Positions 1 to 16,963 of a stretch of 64,000 nt of DNA are shown piece after piece. The notes under the pieces are model-generated. The model was not told the origin of the DNA, did no database searches, and saw only the letters and a program-made list of their open reading frames with translations. The stretch lies in the NCBI RefSeq assembly GCF_009914755.1, contig NC_060937.1. One strand, 5' to 3'. Position 1 is the stretch's first letter. Each line of letters begins with the position of its first letter. This stretch comes from the human T2T-CHM13v2.0 reference genome, Homo sapiens. The translations under genes were made by a program, and so were the position numbers.

Positions 1-1130
1 ATTGCTAGACAGTATTCCATCATCTGAATATTTCATGGTTTATCCATTCATCAGTTGATGGACATTTAGATTGTTTCCGTTTTTTTGGCTATTGTGAATG
101 ATGCTGCTATGAATATTTGTGTACAAGTTTTTGTGGGAACTTAAGTTTTTATTTCTCTTGTATATATACCTAGGAGTGGAATGTAGTGTGTGAGGGTTCC
201 AATTTCACCACATCCCCACCAACACTTGTTATTGTCTGTCCCTTTGATTATAGCCAACCAAGTGGATGGGTGTGCAGTGGCATTTCATTGTGATTTTCAT
301 TTGTGTTTCCCTGTGGTTTTGACTTGTATTTCTCTGATAGCTGATGATTGATGTTGAATATCTTTTCATGTGCTTGTTAGCCATTTGTGTATCTCATTTG
401 GACAAATACCTATTCCAGACCCTTTGCCTATTGTTAAACTAGGTTGTTTATCTTTTTATTATTGAGTTGTAAGAGTTCAATATATATATACACAAATCCC
501 TTATTCAGAGATATGATTTGCAAATATTTTCTCCCACTCTGTAGGTTGTCTTTTTTACTTTTCTGATGGTATTCGTTGGAGTACAGAACTTTTAATTTTG
601 ATATAATCTAATGTCTCTTTTTTATTTTTATCATCTTAGCTCTTTGATTTAGGTTCTGATCCATTTTGAGTTAATTTTGTATATGGTATGAAATAGGAAG
701 CCAACTTTAATTCTTTTCCATGCAGCTATCCAGTTTTTCCAGCACTGTTTGTTGAAAAGGCTATTTTTTCCCCATTGAATTCTCTTGGCACCTTTGTTGA
801 AAATTAGTTGATCAGGAGTTGTTTATGGACTCTCAGTTCTATTCCATTGCTCAATGTATCTATCCTCATGCCAGTACCACACAGTCTTGATGACTGTAGC
901 TTTGTAGTAAGTTTTGAAATTGGGAAGCGTGAACCCTCCAACCCTCCACCTTTCTTTTTTTTTCATGATTGTTGATTGTTGACCTATTCTGAGTCCCTCA
1001 AGTTTGCATATGAATTTTAAGATCAGTTCCTTAATTTTTGCAAAAAGTAAAAAGTCCAGCTGGGATTTTGGTAGGGATCATATTGAATCTATACATCAAT
1101 TTGAAGAGTATTGCCATCTTAACAGTATTA
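1..1130 (-). mobile_element. Old L1 (L1M family) 3' region/ORF2 fragment
   Basis: Antisense L1 motifs: tgctgctatgaatatttgtgtacaag, cagtttttccagcactgtttgttgaa, gtagtaagttttgaaattggg, ttgaatctatacatcaatttg. Confidence 0.8.
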
Positions 1131-1425
1131 TTTGGTGGACAGCATTACAAAATATGCAATGTAGAGACACATAGATATAGAAAAAAGTGTACAGAGAGAA
1201 AAAATATGTTCTATTTTTCTAATTAAGTTTTTTATTTTGAGGTAATTGTAGATTCACATGTAGTTGTAAAAAATAATACCGAGAGATTGGATGTACCCTT
1301 TACTCAGTTTTCCTCAGTGGTAATATTGCAATTCATGGTACTATACAAACCACTGACATTGATATTGACATTGATATAGTCCACTGGTCCCATTCAGATT
1401 TCCCTAGTTTTACTTGTACTTAACT

Positions 1426-1451
1426 GTGTGTGTGTGTGTGTGTGTGTGTGT
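1426..1451 (+). repeat. (TG)n microsatellite
   Basis: Direct reading. Confidence 0.95.
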
Positions 1452-1622
1452 ATTGTTTAGTTTCATGCAGTTTTGTCACGTGTGGTTTCATATACCCATC
1501 ACCACACTCAAGATGCAGAACAGTTCCATCACCACAAGAATCCCTCAGGTTACCCTTTGTAACCGTGCCACCTTCCTCCTAACCACCCCCACTTCCCACC
1601 TCTTTCCCCAACCCTGTCTTAA

Positions 1623-1971
<349 letters not shown>

Positions 1972-2884
1972 AACTTTGTCACTTTTTAAAAGTGTCGTAT
2001 AACTGTTATGTAAACAAGTACTATATAAATGCTTTTTTCACTCAGCATAAATTCTCTAGAGATTCATCCAAGGTTTTATGTGAATCACTAGCTGATTCCT
2101 TTCTATTGCTGAGTATTCCATGGTATGGATGTACCACAGTACATCTAACTAGCCTCTCATTGAAGAATGTCTGGGTTGTTCCCAGATTTTGGCTACTACA
2201 AATAAAGCTGTTGTGAACATTTGTGTGTAGATCTTTGTGTGAGTGCAGGTTTTCATTTCTTTGGGATTAATGCCCAAGAGTGCATTTGCTGGGTAATATG
2301 GTAATTGCAAGTTAAATTTAATACATAACCACAAAACTTTTCCAGAGAAGCTATTTTTAAAAGTATAGATAATTTTTTTAAAACTTGAAAATGTGACCAC
2401 TGCCACATACAGAAAAGATGTATTAACATGAAACAGCTGAAATAGAACATGTTCAGCCCCTCAAAAGCTGCCAGGTATCCCTCCTTGATCACAGCTCACT
2501 TCTTCATCCACAGAGAAAACCATCATTGACATTAATGATAGTAACTTTTTCTTTTATAATTTTAGCATTTAAGCCTTTATTCCTCAGTAATATATTTTAC
2601 TTTGCCTGTTTTTTAGTGTTATATGAATAGAATGAATATGCACCATTTTTTTGGTATGAGTTTTTCATGGAGCACTGTTTTCTTTTTTCTTTTTTTTTTT
2701 TTTTTTTTTTAGAAATAATAGTTTTATTACTTACAGGTCCTGGATACATGACATACCTGGAAGCCATACACAGAGGTCAGGGAGGACTTCAGAGGGAAGG
2801 AGAGGGAGAAAGATCCACAGGTTAATGCCTTCATTGAGGTCTAGGGCCTTATCCAAACAGGTTTCTCACTGGGAGATTTTTCTT

Positions 2885-3555
2885 TAACACTCAATAATTG
2901 TATACATTTATGGTACAGTATGATTTTGGTACATATGTACAATGTATAAGGAGCAAATCAGAGTTGTTAGCATATCTGTCACCTCAAACATTTATCATTT
3001 CTCTGTGTTGGGAATATTAAAAATCTTACAGCTCTTTGAAAATATGCACTAAATTATTGTTAACTATAGTCACCTTGCAGTGTAATAGAACAGTAGAACT
3101 TATTTCTCCTATATAGCTGTAATTTTGCATCTGTTAGCCAGTCCCTCCTTATCATGCCTCACACTTTCCAGCCTCTAGTAATCACTATTCTATCTCCTTC
3201 TGTGAAATCAACTGTTTTAGCTTTCATGTATGAGTGAGAACATATGATATTTGTCTTTCTATGCCTGGCTTATTTCACTAACATAATTACCTCTAGGCTC
3301 ATACATGTTGCCTTGTTTGACAGGATTTCATTGGTTTTTGTGGCTGAATAGTATTCCATTGTGTATATATACCACATTTTCTTTATTCATTCATCTGTTG
3401 GACGTGTAAGTTGATTCCATATCTTGGCTATTGTGAATAGTGCTGCAATAAACATAGGAGTGCAGACATCTCTTCAACATACTGATTTCCTTTCTCTTGG
3501 ATATACACCCAGTAGTGGAATTGCTGGATCATATGGTTGTTCTGTTTTTTAGTGT
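2885..3555 (-). mobile_element. L1MA-type 3' end fragment (inside the 2684-4053 retrocopy)
   Basis: Motifs: attgtatacatttatgg, tatgagtgagaacatatgatatttgtctttct, atacacccagtagtggaattgctggatcatatgg. Confidence 0.8.
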
Positions 3556-3679
3556 TCTTTTTTATATATGTTTTATGTCCTGTAAAACATTTTTGTTATT
3601 ATCTTAAACAGCATCAGTATCTGTATCCAAATATGTGTGTACTCTTCAGTTCTCTTCCTTCTTGGATTTGCCTGATTCT

Positions 3680-3978
<299 letters not shown>

Positions 3979-4072
3979 ATTTGCCAAATTCTATCGGGTA
4001 ACATTTTGTTTTTGCCTGAATTATTCCTGTTAGTATAGATTTTATTACAGTTGTCATGGAGTACTGTTTTCT

Positions 4073-5350
<1,278 letters not shown>

Positions 5351-5371
5351 TATTTTGGTAGCAAAGTTATA

Positions 5372-5870
5372 CAGTTGCGTCCCCTTACCACCTCCCATCT
5401 GCAGTTTCAGTTACCCGTGGTCCACTGAGGTCCAAAAAATATTAAATGGAAAATTCCAGAAATAATACCAAAGTTTTAAACTGTACATTGTTCTGGGTAG
5501 AATGATGAACTCTCGGGCCATCTTAGTTCATTCTGCCTGGGATGTGAATCCTCCCTTTGTCCAGCATACCCATGCTGTATATGCTACCTGCCCATGAGTC
5601 ACTTAGTAACTGTCTTGGTTATCAGACAGACTGTCTTAATATCACTGTGTATGTGTTCAAATGACCCTTATTTTACTTAATAATGGCCCCAAAGTATGAG
5701 AGTAGTGATGCTGGCAATTCAGATATGCCAAAGAGAAACCTTAAAGTGCCTCCTCTAAATGAAAAAGTAAGAGTTCCTAACTTAATAAGGAAAGGAAAAT
5801 ATATGTTGAGGTTGCTAAGATCTACGGTAAAAATGAATCTTTCATTCGTAAAATTGTGAAGAAGGAAAAA
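5372..5870 (+). mobile_element. Tigger7/MER44 DNA transposon 5' part with a frameshifted transposase N-terminus
   Basis: Begins after TA with cagttgcgtcccctta...cagttacccgtggtcc...aatattaaatggaaaattccagaaata. From ATG 5683: MAPKYESSDAGNSDMPKRNLKVPPLNEKV../YVEVAKIYGKNESFIRKIVKKEK, resembling a CENP-B-type HTH. Confidence 0.8.
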
Positions 5871-5976
5871 GTCCACAGTCTTGCTTTTCTGTGGAGTATT
5901 CTACTGTTAGTTTTATTGCTGAAAGAGTCCACAGTCTTGTTTTTTCTGTGGAGAATTCTGTTAGTTTTATTGCTGA

Positions 5977-6560
5977 TGCTTTAAGGGTAATGTCTTTTTA
6001 TTTCCTGTGAGTATATACAAATTTTTTTGATTATCTTTGATTTTAATGTGATATGTCTACATGTGGGTTTCTCTTTAAGCAGCCTGGGATTCATTGAGCT
6101 TCTTGTGTCTGTTGATTGCTGTCTTCCTTCATTTGTAGAAAACTTTCTGACACCTGCCCTTTAAATGTTACTTCTATTTTTTTTCTCTCCTCCTGAGATT
6201 CTGATGAAACAAATATTTTAAACATAGGGCCAACAGTTTCTTTGTATCTTCTGTGTCTCTGTAATGATTTTTCTGCCCCTTTTCTGCTTGTGCTACACTC
6301 TGGAAAATTTATTTTTCCTATATACCAACTCACTAATGGTTTCTTCACTTGTGTCTAGTCTGATATTAAACTTGTCCAGTGAGGTTTAAATTATGCTTCT
6401 TATTTTTTATTTCTAGATGTCTTATGTGGTTCTTTTTTGAATCTGTGACAATTTTCCCTGTAGGTATTTCTGAGTTTGTCTTTTTTTTTTTTTTTAATCA
6501 CAGTCCAGTTGTTTTATAGTGTGTATCTGAGAATTCCAATCTCTGAAGTCTTTTAGAGTC
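5977..6560 (-). mobile_element. Ancient L1 fragment (ORF1-like region)
   Basis: T-rich antisense L1 texture (ggattcattgagcttcttg, ttcttcacttgtgtctagtctg) and a K/E-rich - strand ORF at 6091-6348. Confidence 0.5.
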
Positions 6561-6779
6561 CCTTTATGTTGATGCTTTTACTGGTACTTAGTCAAGGAAT
6601 CTAGTTTCAAAGCTTCGTGTTTGGCATTATATTTATTTATAGGAATAACATGACTTTCTTTAAATTTTTTTCTTTTTTTCTTTTTCTCCTCAAATTCCGT
6701 TTACCAAACATGTGACTTTAAATGAAAGTTATGTACCTACTCTCACCCAAGCACTACAGACCACTACCAGTTTTGATCC

Positions 6780-7320
6780 ACTGTTTCAGTAATTTATAAC
6801 AAATCACCACCAAACTGGGGCCTTAAAACAACAATGATGTCATATTTCCATGAATCTGTGAGTTGGCTGGATTAAGCTGGGGGCTCTACTGTTCACATGA
6901 TGTTGACTGGAGTTACTCATGCATCTGCATTCAGCTGGGGGGTTGGCTAGGGTGCAGTGTCCAGGACTGCTTCACTTATTGCCTGAGAGTTGGTGCATGT
7001 GGGTTGGGGTACCTTTGCTCTGTCCTTTGTGGTTTCTCTTTAGTGCTCTCGTCATTTAGTAGGTCTAGCCCATGCTTCTTTACATGGTGGCTGTTTTCCA
7101 AGAAAGCAAAAGCAAAAGCTGCTAAGTCTCTTAAGGACTGGGCTTGGAACTGGTGCAGCATCACTTCAGCTGCATCTGTTGGTCACAGCAAGTCACAGGA
7201 CCTGCTCAGATTCAAAGCAAGGGAAAATAAAATAGACCCCACCTCTTGATGAAACTAGCGGTGTGCAAGTACAGGGAAGAAAGGGATTGTTTTCAGTCAT
7301 CTTCAGAGATAGTCTACCAT
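6780..7320. mobile_element. MLT1-type MaLR LTR
   Basis: Motifs: ataacaaatcaccaccaaact...ttaaaacaaca, ggtcacagcaagtcacagg, agaccccacctcttgatg. Confidence 0.7.
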
Positions 7321-7397
7321 TATCACATTAAACCATGCTCAAGGCTTGAGATTTCTTTGATGGGGTATCCAGGGATTGAAATTAGGTGATCATTACA

Positions 7398-7528
7398 GTG
7401 ACCATGTAGCTTACCTGGTTACAAGGTGGAATCTTTTTGAGAGTAAAAAGGAGCACTATTTTTAAGCATGCCAATACTTGGGGTGTAACTAGACTGTCTG
7501 TGGCAAACTAGGACTCTGGGTCACCCTA
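7398..7528 (+). mobile_element. MER94/MER81-like hAT-Blackjack MITE
   Basis: Terminal inverted motifs gtgaccat...ggtcaccct; internal tttttgagagtaaaaagg. Confidence 0.55.
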
Positions 7529-8936
7529 GTTAGTTTATCAGGAGCTTTTAAAATTTCCTTCTTATCACTGCCCTGAAGGTATATAGTCCTTTGGGATTTT
7601 AATTTTTTGTGGAAATGAACTCCTGTTAGACTTTCTACCTTGTATAGGCACTGGACTTTGATTTATGTCCCTCATGCCTTGGGAGGCTGTCTAAACAAAG
7701 AGTCTCATTTTCCTTGTATTGGCTCATGACCACAGGGAATCTCATTTTCCCCATATTTGGGGCTTGTAATTTCTTATTATCTTGTGGTCTTTTTGATACT
7801 TTAAGATTTTATTAAGCTTTTTAATTGTTTTTCAGAGGGAGATTTTATCTAAATTAAGTTAGCCCACCATTATAGAGAATATAGACCAGCATAGTTAATT
7901 TACTCGAAATAACAGATGAAAAAGAACTGAAGGAATTTCTTAACATCAAATAAATGCCTCTTTTTCACAAGAAATACAAGTTCCCAAGAGTTTCTTTTAA
8001 GTTGGGAGGTGGGGGTGTAGATGTGGGTGAAGAATTAAAGAATTGGAGTCATTATATTATCTTTTTTAAAAACTCCATGTTTTTCACTTTTTGACAATCT
8101 ATCAATTCTCTGTTACGAAAATTTTGAAAATTATAATCCTCAAAATAACGTCTCATTTTTACTTAGTTGTGTTATCACTTCATCAAGGCTGTAAAGACTA
8201 ACATTCCACAACTAATTTCCCTGCTGTTTAACCTTAGTATAAATTATAAATAAGTTTGTACTTTCTTCTTGGCTTTTGATCATGTCATCTTATTCTTGAA
8301 TTATTTATTTTTATTCTGTATTGTCTAGATTTCACAGTTACATCTCTTTTCTTAAAAAACACTCATAGGTGAGCTTTAAAAATATACGTAGTTTCTTTTC
8401 AGGTCCATTATAGAATTTTAGTCTATACTATAGACTCATGCGTATTTTGTGTCTGTTTTAGTTAGACAGTTATAATTTTGTCATTTTTTTCCGTATGTGT
8501 GTGTATGTATGTGTAATATATCTTCCTCAAAGCAAAGTTTTGGCTGGTCAGCAAATGTTTAAATGAGTATTTTTGTGGTAATTATAAACTCTGATCTAAT
8601 TTGGTCCATACTGCTTGTGTAAGGAAAAGATTGCTCATTTTGTTTTTTCAAGTTTTGTGTGTTTGTAGCCAAATGAATTGTACTTTTATTTCTACATGTT
8701 TATTATACTTCATGTCAGTCATCTAAGTTACCTTACTTTGTTGCTTTAATAAATTTTTATCCAATAAAAATTTATTTAATTAATTTTTTATTGTGTCCTA
8801 ATGTTTTCTTTAGAAGGGTGTAGTGACTTGAAGAAAGCATGGATTTTTCTTTAAAAGAAGTATATTTTTGTATTGGTAAATTGCTGGTCTCTGATGTGGT
8901 CTTTGTCATATGTAGTCATCAAAAAACGAAAGTGAT

Positions 8937-9258
8937 CTGGGCGTGGTGGGTCACGCCTATAATCCCAGCACTTTGGGAGACCAAAGCAGGAGGATCACTT
9001 GAGCCCAGGAGTTCGAGACCAGCCTGCCAGCACAGTGAAACCCCGTCTCTACCAAAAAATACAGCAATTAGCCAGGCATAGTGGTACGTGCCGGTAGTGT
9101 AGTTCCAGCTATTCAGGAGGCTGAGGCAGGAAAATTGCCTGAACCCAGGAGGTGGAGGTTGCAGTGAGCCAAGATCACACCACTACACTCCAGCCTGGGC
9201 AACAGAGTGAGACCCTGTCTCAAAAGACAAAAAAACAAACAAACAAAAAAAAAAAAAA
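8937..9258 (+). mobile_element. Alu (J/S)
   Basis: Dimer with A-rich tail. Confidence 0.88.
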
Positions 9259-10178
9259 CCAGAAAAACCAAAGGTGATATCCAGATATCATGGCATCAAT
9301 TCCCTTCATATACCTCCCTCTCTTCTTCTTCTTGCTGGCTACCTTAAAAAAGGAAAGGGTCATACTTTTCAACTAGTGGCACCTTGAAATATATTTTATT
9401 TTTCACAGTAGATTTAAGGAGTCATTGCTTTTGCTGTAAAATAATGAGTCAGAGTAAAAGAGCTTAGTCAATAGAGATCCTTTAAGGAATCCTTAAATGA
9501 ATAACCAAGAACATTTTAAGCATGTCAATTACTTGTATATGAACATTTCTCTCTGATGTTCTTAAAGACAATTATTAGGTTTTAAACAACAGCAACTTTA
9601 CATTTTATGTTATAAAGCTGTATAATACAAAAACAATTAGTATGTATTTAGAAGTAAATATAAAATAAATCTATTAACCTGTGGATGAGTCAGTATTGCT
9701 TTTAAGTGATCTTCATATTTCGGCTATATAAGCCAAAAAAACTTACTTAGTATTATTGTCTTTGGGTCACTTTTGAAAGCTAGAGGGAAAGTTTAGGTTG
9801 AGAAAATGTCTCATCCAAAAGCATTGTCTTTTGGGTTGCTTTTCATCTGTTTTTTAATTTTTAAAAAACTTTGTGAGCTTGAGCACATTGTGTTAGCTTA
9901 AGTGTACAAAAAGCTAGCGGTAGCTTTTCTTGATGCTTCTATTGATATGGTATTGGGGAGAATGCCTAATTGTTTGAATAGTCTACCACAAGCTTATTAA
10001 TTTAGAAAACTAGAGAGAATAATGCTAGCTCCTTAGGTAACAAATGGCCGCCCTGCTGGCTGAAGCTTTAGACTCCTCCCTCTCTCTGGAGGTAGCTCCT
10101 TATGTAGCCCCTTCTTCTTCATACCCTGCCATTTCTAAGAATTTGACCATGTCTCTCTTCCAGCTTCCACCAGTTTAG

Positions 10179-10451
<273 letters not shown>

Positions 10452-11164
10452 ACTTTCCCAATGTTCTTACTTCACTCCTTCCCAGATGACTCTAAAATAG
10501 CGTTCAAGATGCTTTGTGATCTTAAGTGTTTTTTAAAATTGCTTGGTACTGTGGGGAAACAGAATTATGCCTTTCTCTCTCTATGTTTATACTCTTCCTC
10601 CATCTCCAGAGCAGGGCAGTACAAGAGTTTACTATATCTCAAAAATCTGTGAAGTTGTTGCTTTGCTTACTTGATGTAAAAATAGTCTCCCTCCTCCGAT
10701 TTGCTTAAAGGTAGTCTACTTTTTTCTTAGATGGTCCCATGGAAGAATTTTTAGTTCATTTTTAGAAATCATTTTGCTGATTGTTCACTATTGGTAGCTA
10801 TTCTTCAGGTTTAATTTGTTAATAATTCTGTACATGAATGAGGAAAATAGGCCTAGCTCACAGAGGCTTCTTTCCTGGTTATCCCTCACGTGCCAGTCCC
10901 CCTTTTTCTTTCTGTGGTTGAGGCCCCACAAGTCTCAGAAATGGATTCTCTGTACTAGTTTTTTCTTGTAGCACACTCGTCAGGCAGGCTGGGTTCCCTT
11001 TTGGTTAACTGTGGCTTCTTCCATTATTTTAACTAGGTCTTGGCCTAGACTAATGAATGAGTGGAGGCACCCCCTTCCTTCAGTATTATTTTGCCCATTT
11101 TCAAGGTTCATGTCCTTTGTCAAGTAAGTCTCTTACTGAGTTCCAGGATCTGGTCCGAAGGCAT

Positions 11165-11750
11165 TATCACATAGTGGTTAAGAGCTTGGCACTTTGAAGG
11201 TTGCTTGGTTGCTGTGTGACTGCAGGCAAATTGCTTAACTCTGGGGATCCCTGTTTCTTCATCTATAAAATAATAGTGTTAATACTACCTACCTCTATCT
11301 GTTAGAATTAACTCCGCTAGCAAAGTATCAGTGACTTAAGCACATTGTTTTCCCTTGTAAGGGAAGTTCCTAGGTAAGAAGTCCTTGTGTGCTATGGCAT
11401 TTCCAAGGTCATCAGCAGGCCTTTGCCATTGTTTAACTGTGGCTTCCATCCTCAGGGGGATCCAGAATGACTGCTGGAGTTACTACTGTCATATCTACCT
11501 CTCAGGCATCAAAAGGGAAGCAAGACGGGGAAGGTAAAGGGACTTTTTAATTCTTTGCAGGAGCATATCCAGAAGTCACTTTGCTTACATTCCACTAGTC
11601 AGAACTTGATAACTTGGCCACACTTTGCAGCCATAGAACACTGGGAAATGCAGGTTTAATTTGGGTGTAGTTGCTACCCTTAATTAGGGTTCCATTTCTG
11701 ACAAAGAAGGGAATGGATACAGGAGAAGTAACTATCAATATCTGCCCCAT
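11165..11750. mobile_element. MIR fragment followed by a degenerate MLT1 LTR
   Basis: MIR core gctgtgtgactgcaggcaaattgcttaac...catctataaaat; MLT1-like ccagaatgactgctggag and ttgcttacattccactagtcagaac. Confidence 0.55.
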
Positions 11751-11905
11751 CACCTCATGAGATCATTATGTGTTGTGCGCTTTAAAGCAGACAGTGCATG
11801 TCAATACTTAGTACTGTGCCTGATACAAAGTAATACCTCATCAAATGCCAGACATTTTTATGATCTCCTGTGTTAAAGGATCAGATTGTCTGCATTTACC
11901 ACTTC

Positions 11906-13176
<1,271 letters not shown>

Positions 13177-13599
13177 ATTATTTTCTACATACCTGTCACC
13201 TAGTGAATTTTATAGTATACCTAAAAATGTTGTATTCTGTAACAGCAAGAAATATATTTGAAGCTCCTTTTTCTTCTGTCTTATTAAGGACAATCTGCCT
13301 GATATCCAGATAATCCAAATTTTCCTTAAGACACAAAGAAAGAGCAGAGGGAAATATAACTGGGAACCAAAATGTATTTTAATATAGCCTGCTTCCACTT
13401 TTCAAGGTAGCTGAATTTTATGTTCTAAATCTCAATGTGTTAGATTTTGGCTGTGTTGTAACACCAACTTATAATATGTTGTAAACTTATACATATTGTA
13501 AGCACATGTAGACTTACACATGTTGTAAATGCCTGCGGTTGTGTTTGGTTTTAGTTTTCGTTTTGTTGTTTTATAAATCTATCACCCACAACCTTTAGC

Positions 13600-13800
13600 T
13601 ATTGTACAACATGGTGAATATACCCAGTAACAATGTATTATATACTTTTAAGTGTTCTTACCACAAAACTAAGTATATAAGGTAATATATATGTTAATTA
13701 GTTTGATTAGCCACTCCATAATATATGCATATTCCAGAACATGTTGTATACCATAAATGTATACAAATTTTATCAATTAAAGATTGTTTTTTAAGAAAGA
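13600..13800 (+). mobile_element. L1MA/MB extreme 3' end
   Basis: gtacaacatggtgaata...atatgttaattagtttgatt...ataccataaatgtatacaaatttt. Confidence 0.65.
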
Positions 13801-13999
13801 AAATGCACTAAATCATTTATGACTTTTAGATTCTTCTGTTTGGTGTCTCTCTCCAGTTATCTCACCTTTATTAGTAATTATTTCCATACACAGCTATGCA
13901 CAGTCTTTCTTTTTTCTTTCTAGATGGATTTCTCTTAAAATATCTTTGCGTAGATAGAAAAAAATATGTAAAAATCAAAATAGTTTTGTTAGGATATAG

Positions 14000-14645
<646 letters not shown>

Positions 14646-15119
14646 GCCTGGCCGCCCAGCCTATTTTTAGTGTTTTAAAAATAAATAAAAATTTATCAAA
14701 TGCTATGATACCTAATGTAAATGATAATTGGTCTAATTCTTTGTAAAATAACAGTAAGTGATAGAAGATAAATCAAGTCAAAATTAGTATCACTCAACAT
14801 TTTTTAAGAACCTTAAAAATAGTTAATAAATACCTGTTTTAACGAGGCAAAAATCAGTGGGTTGCAAATTAAGAATTAGTAGACTTCCTCAATTTTATAC
14901 TTTAATAATGTCAAAACATATGTGCTAAACATCCTAAAGGACAATAATCAAAATTACTTTTGAAAAGTTGAGCCTGTTTTTAAAAAGGAATTTTCAAAAA
15001 TTAACTAGTTTTTAAAATAAAATTACTATTAAAACTTGCTTTTAAATGCAACTGAATATTCTGGAATTATGGTTTTGGAAAAACCTGTCATGGTTTTAGG
15101 TTAAATGTGTTATATTTTA

Positions 15120-16260
<1,141 letters not shown>

Positions 16261-16963
16261 CCTGCTGATTTTATATTGCTGACAAAACAGCTGCTATTAT
16301 TATTTTGTTATTGTAGATTTTGACATGAAGCTAGAAAATAAAAGTCCCAAGAAACCTATTATATCTATTTTAAATGAATAGAATGAAAACCATGCTTGCC
16401 TATAGCAATTTAAAGTACAGTCTTGTGTTTTGTAGTATCTCATCACAGAATTAAACATGTGCTTGTTAAAAGTTCTCCATTCTATTCATGTGTAAGTAGA
16501 AAGCCTAATTAATGTAAATGTGCATTTTGGGGAGACCTGTTCATGGTTATGCCATGAAAATACTTTTTACTGGACAAGATAATAATTAGTGCTTTATCAA
16601 AAGTTCATGAAGGTGAAGTACTTTACATACAATTCAGAATTTAATTTAAACCTTGCAAAAGCCCTGTCAAATAGTTACTATTATCCTTATTTTACTGTGA
16701 GGATGTTGAAATTTTAAAAAGTTAAGGATCTTGCTTATAATCATGTAAGCAAGTTAGTGGAAGTTAATGGAATTAGAACCCAAGTCTAACTCGAGAGCCC
16801 ATGTGTGTTTCACTGTGCTTTTTTCTCCTAATATGTCAGTTCTGTGGATTATACAGTCATAAAAAGTTAACCTATTTTTCACCAAACTTGATATGTGAAA
16901 ATCTTATATTCACCAGCAGACAAATTTGTGATATTCTTTACTGTTGTGAGATGGATGATTCAC

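Noticed and set aside
5683-5870. Domesticated Tigger transposase gene
   Set aside because: It is frameshifted and truncated after about 60 codons.
6863-7249. 128-aa Cys-rich ORF
   Set aside because: It lies within an MLT1 LTR and starts at a non-ATG codon.
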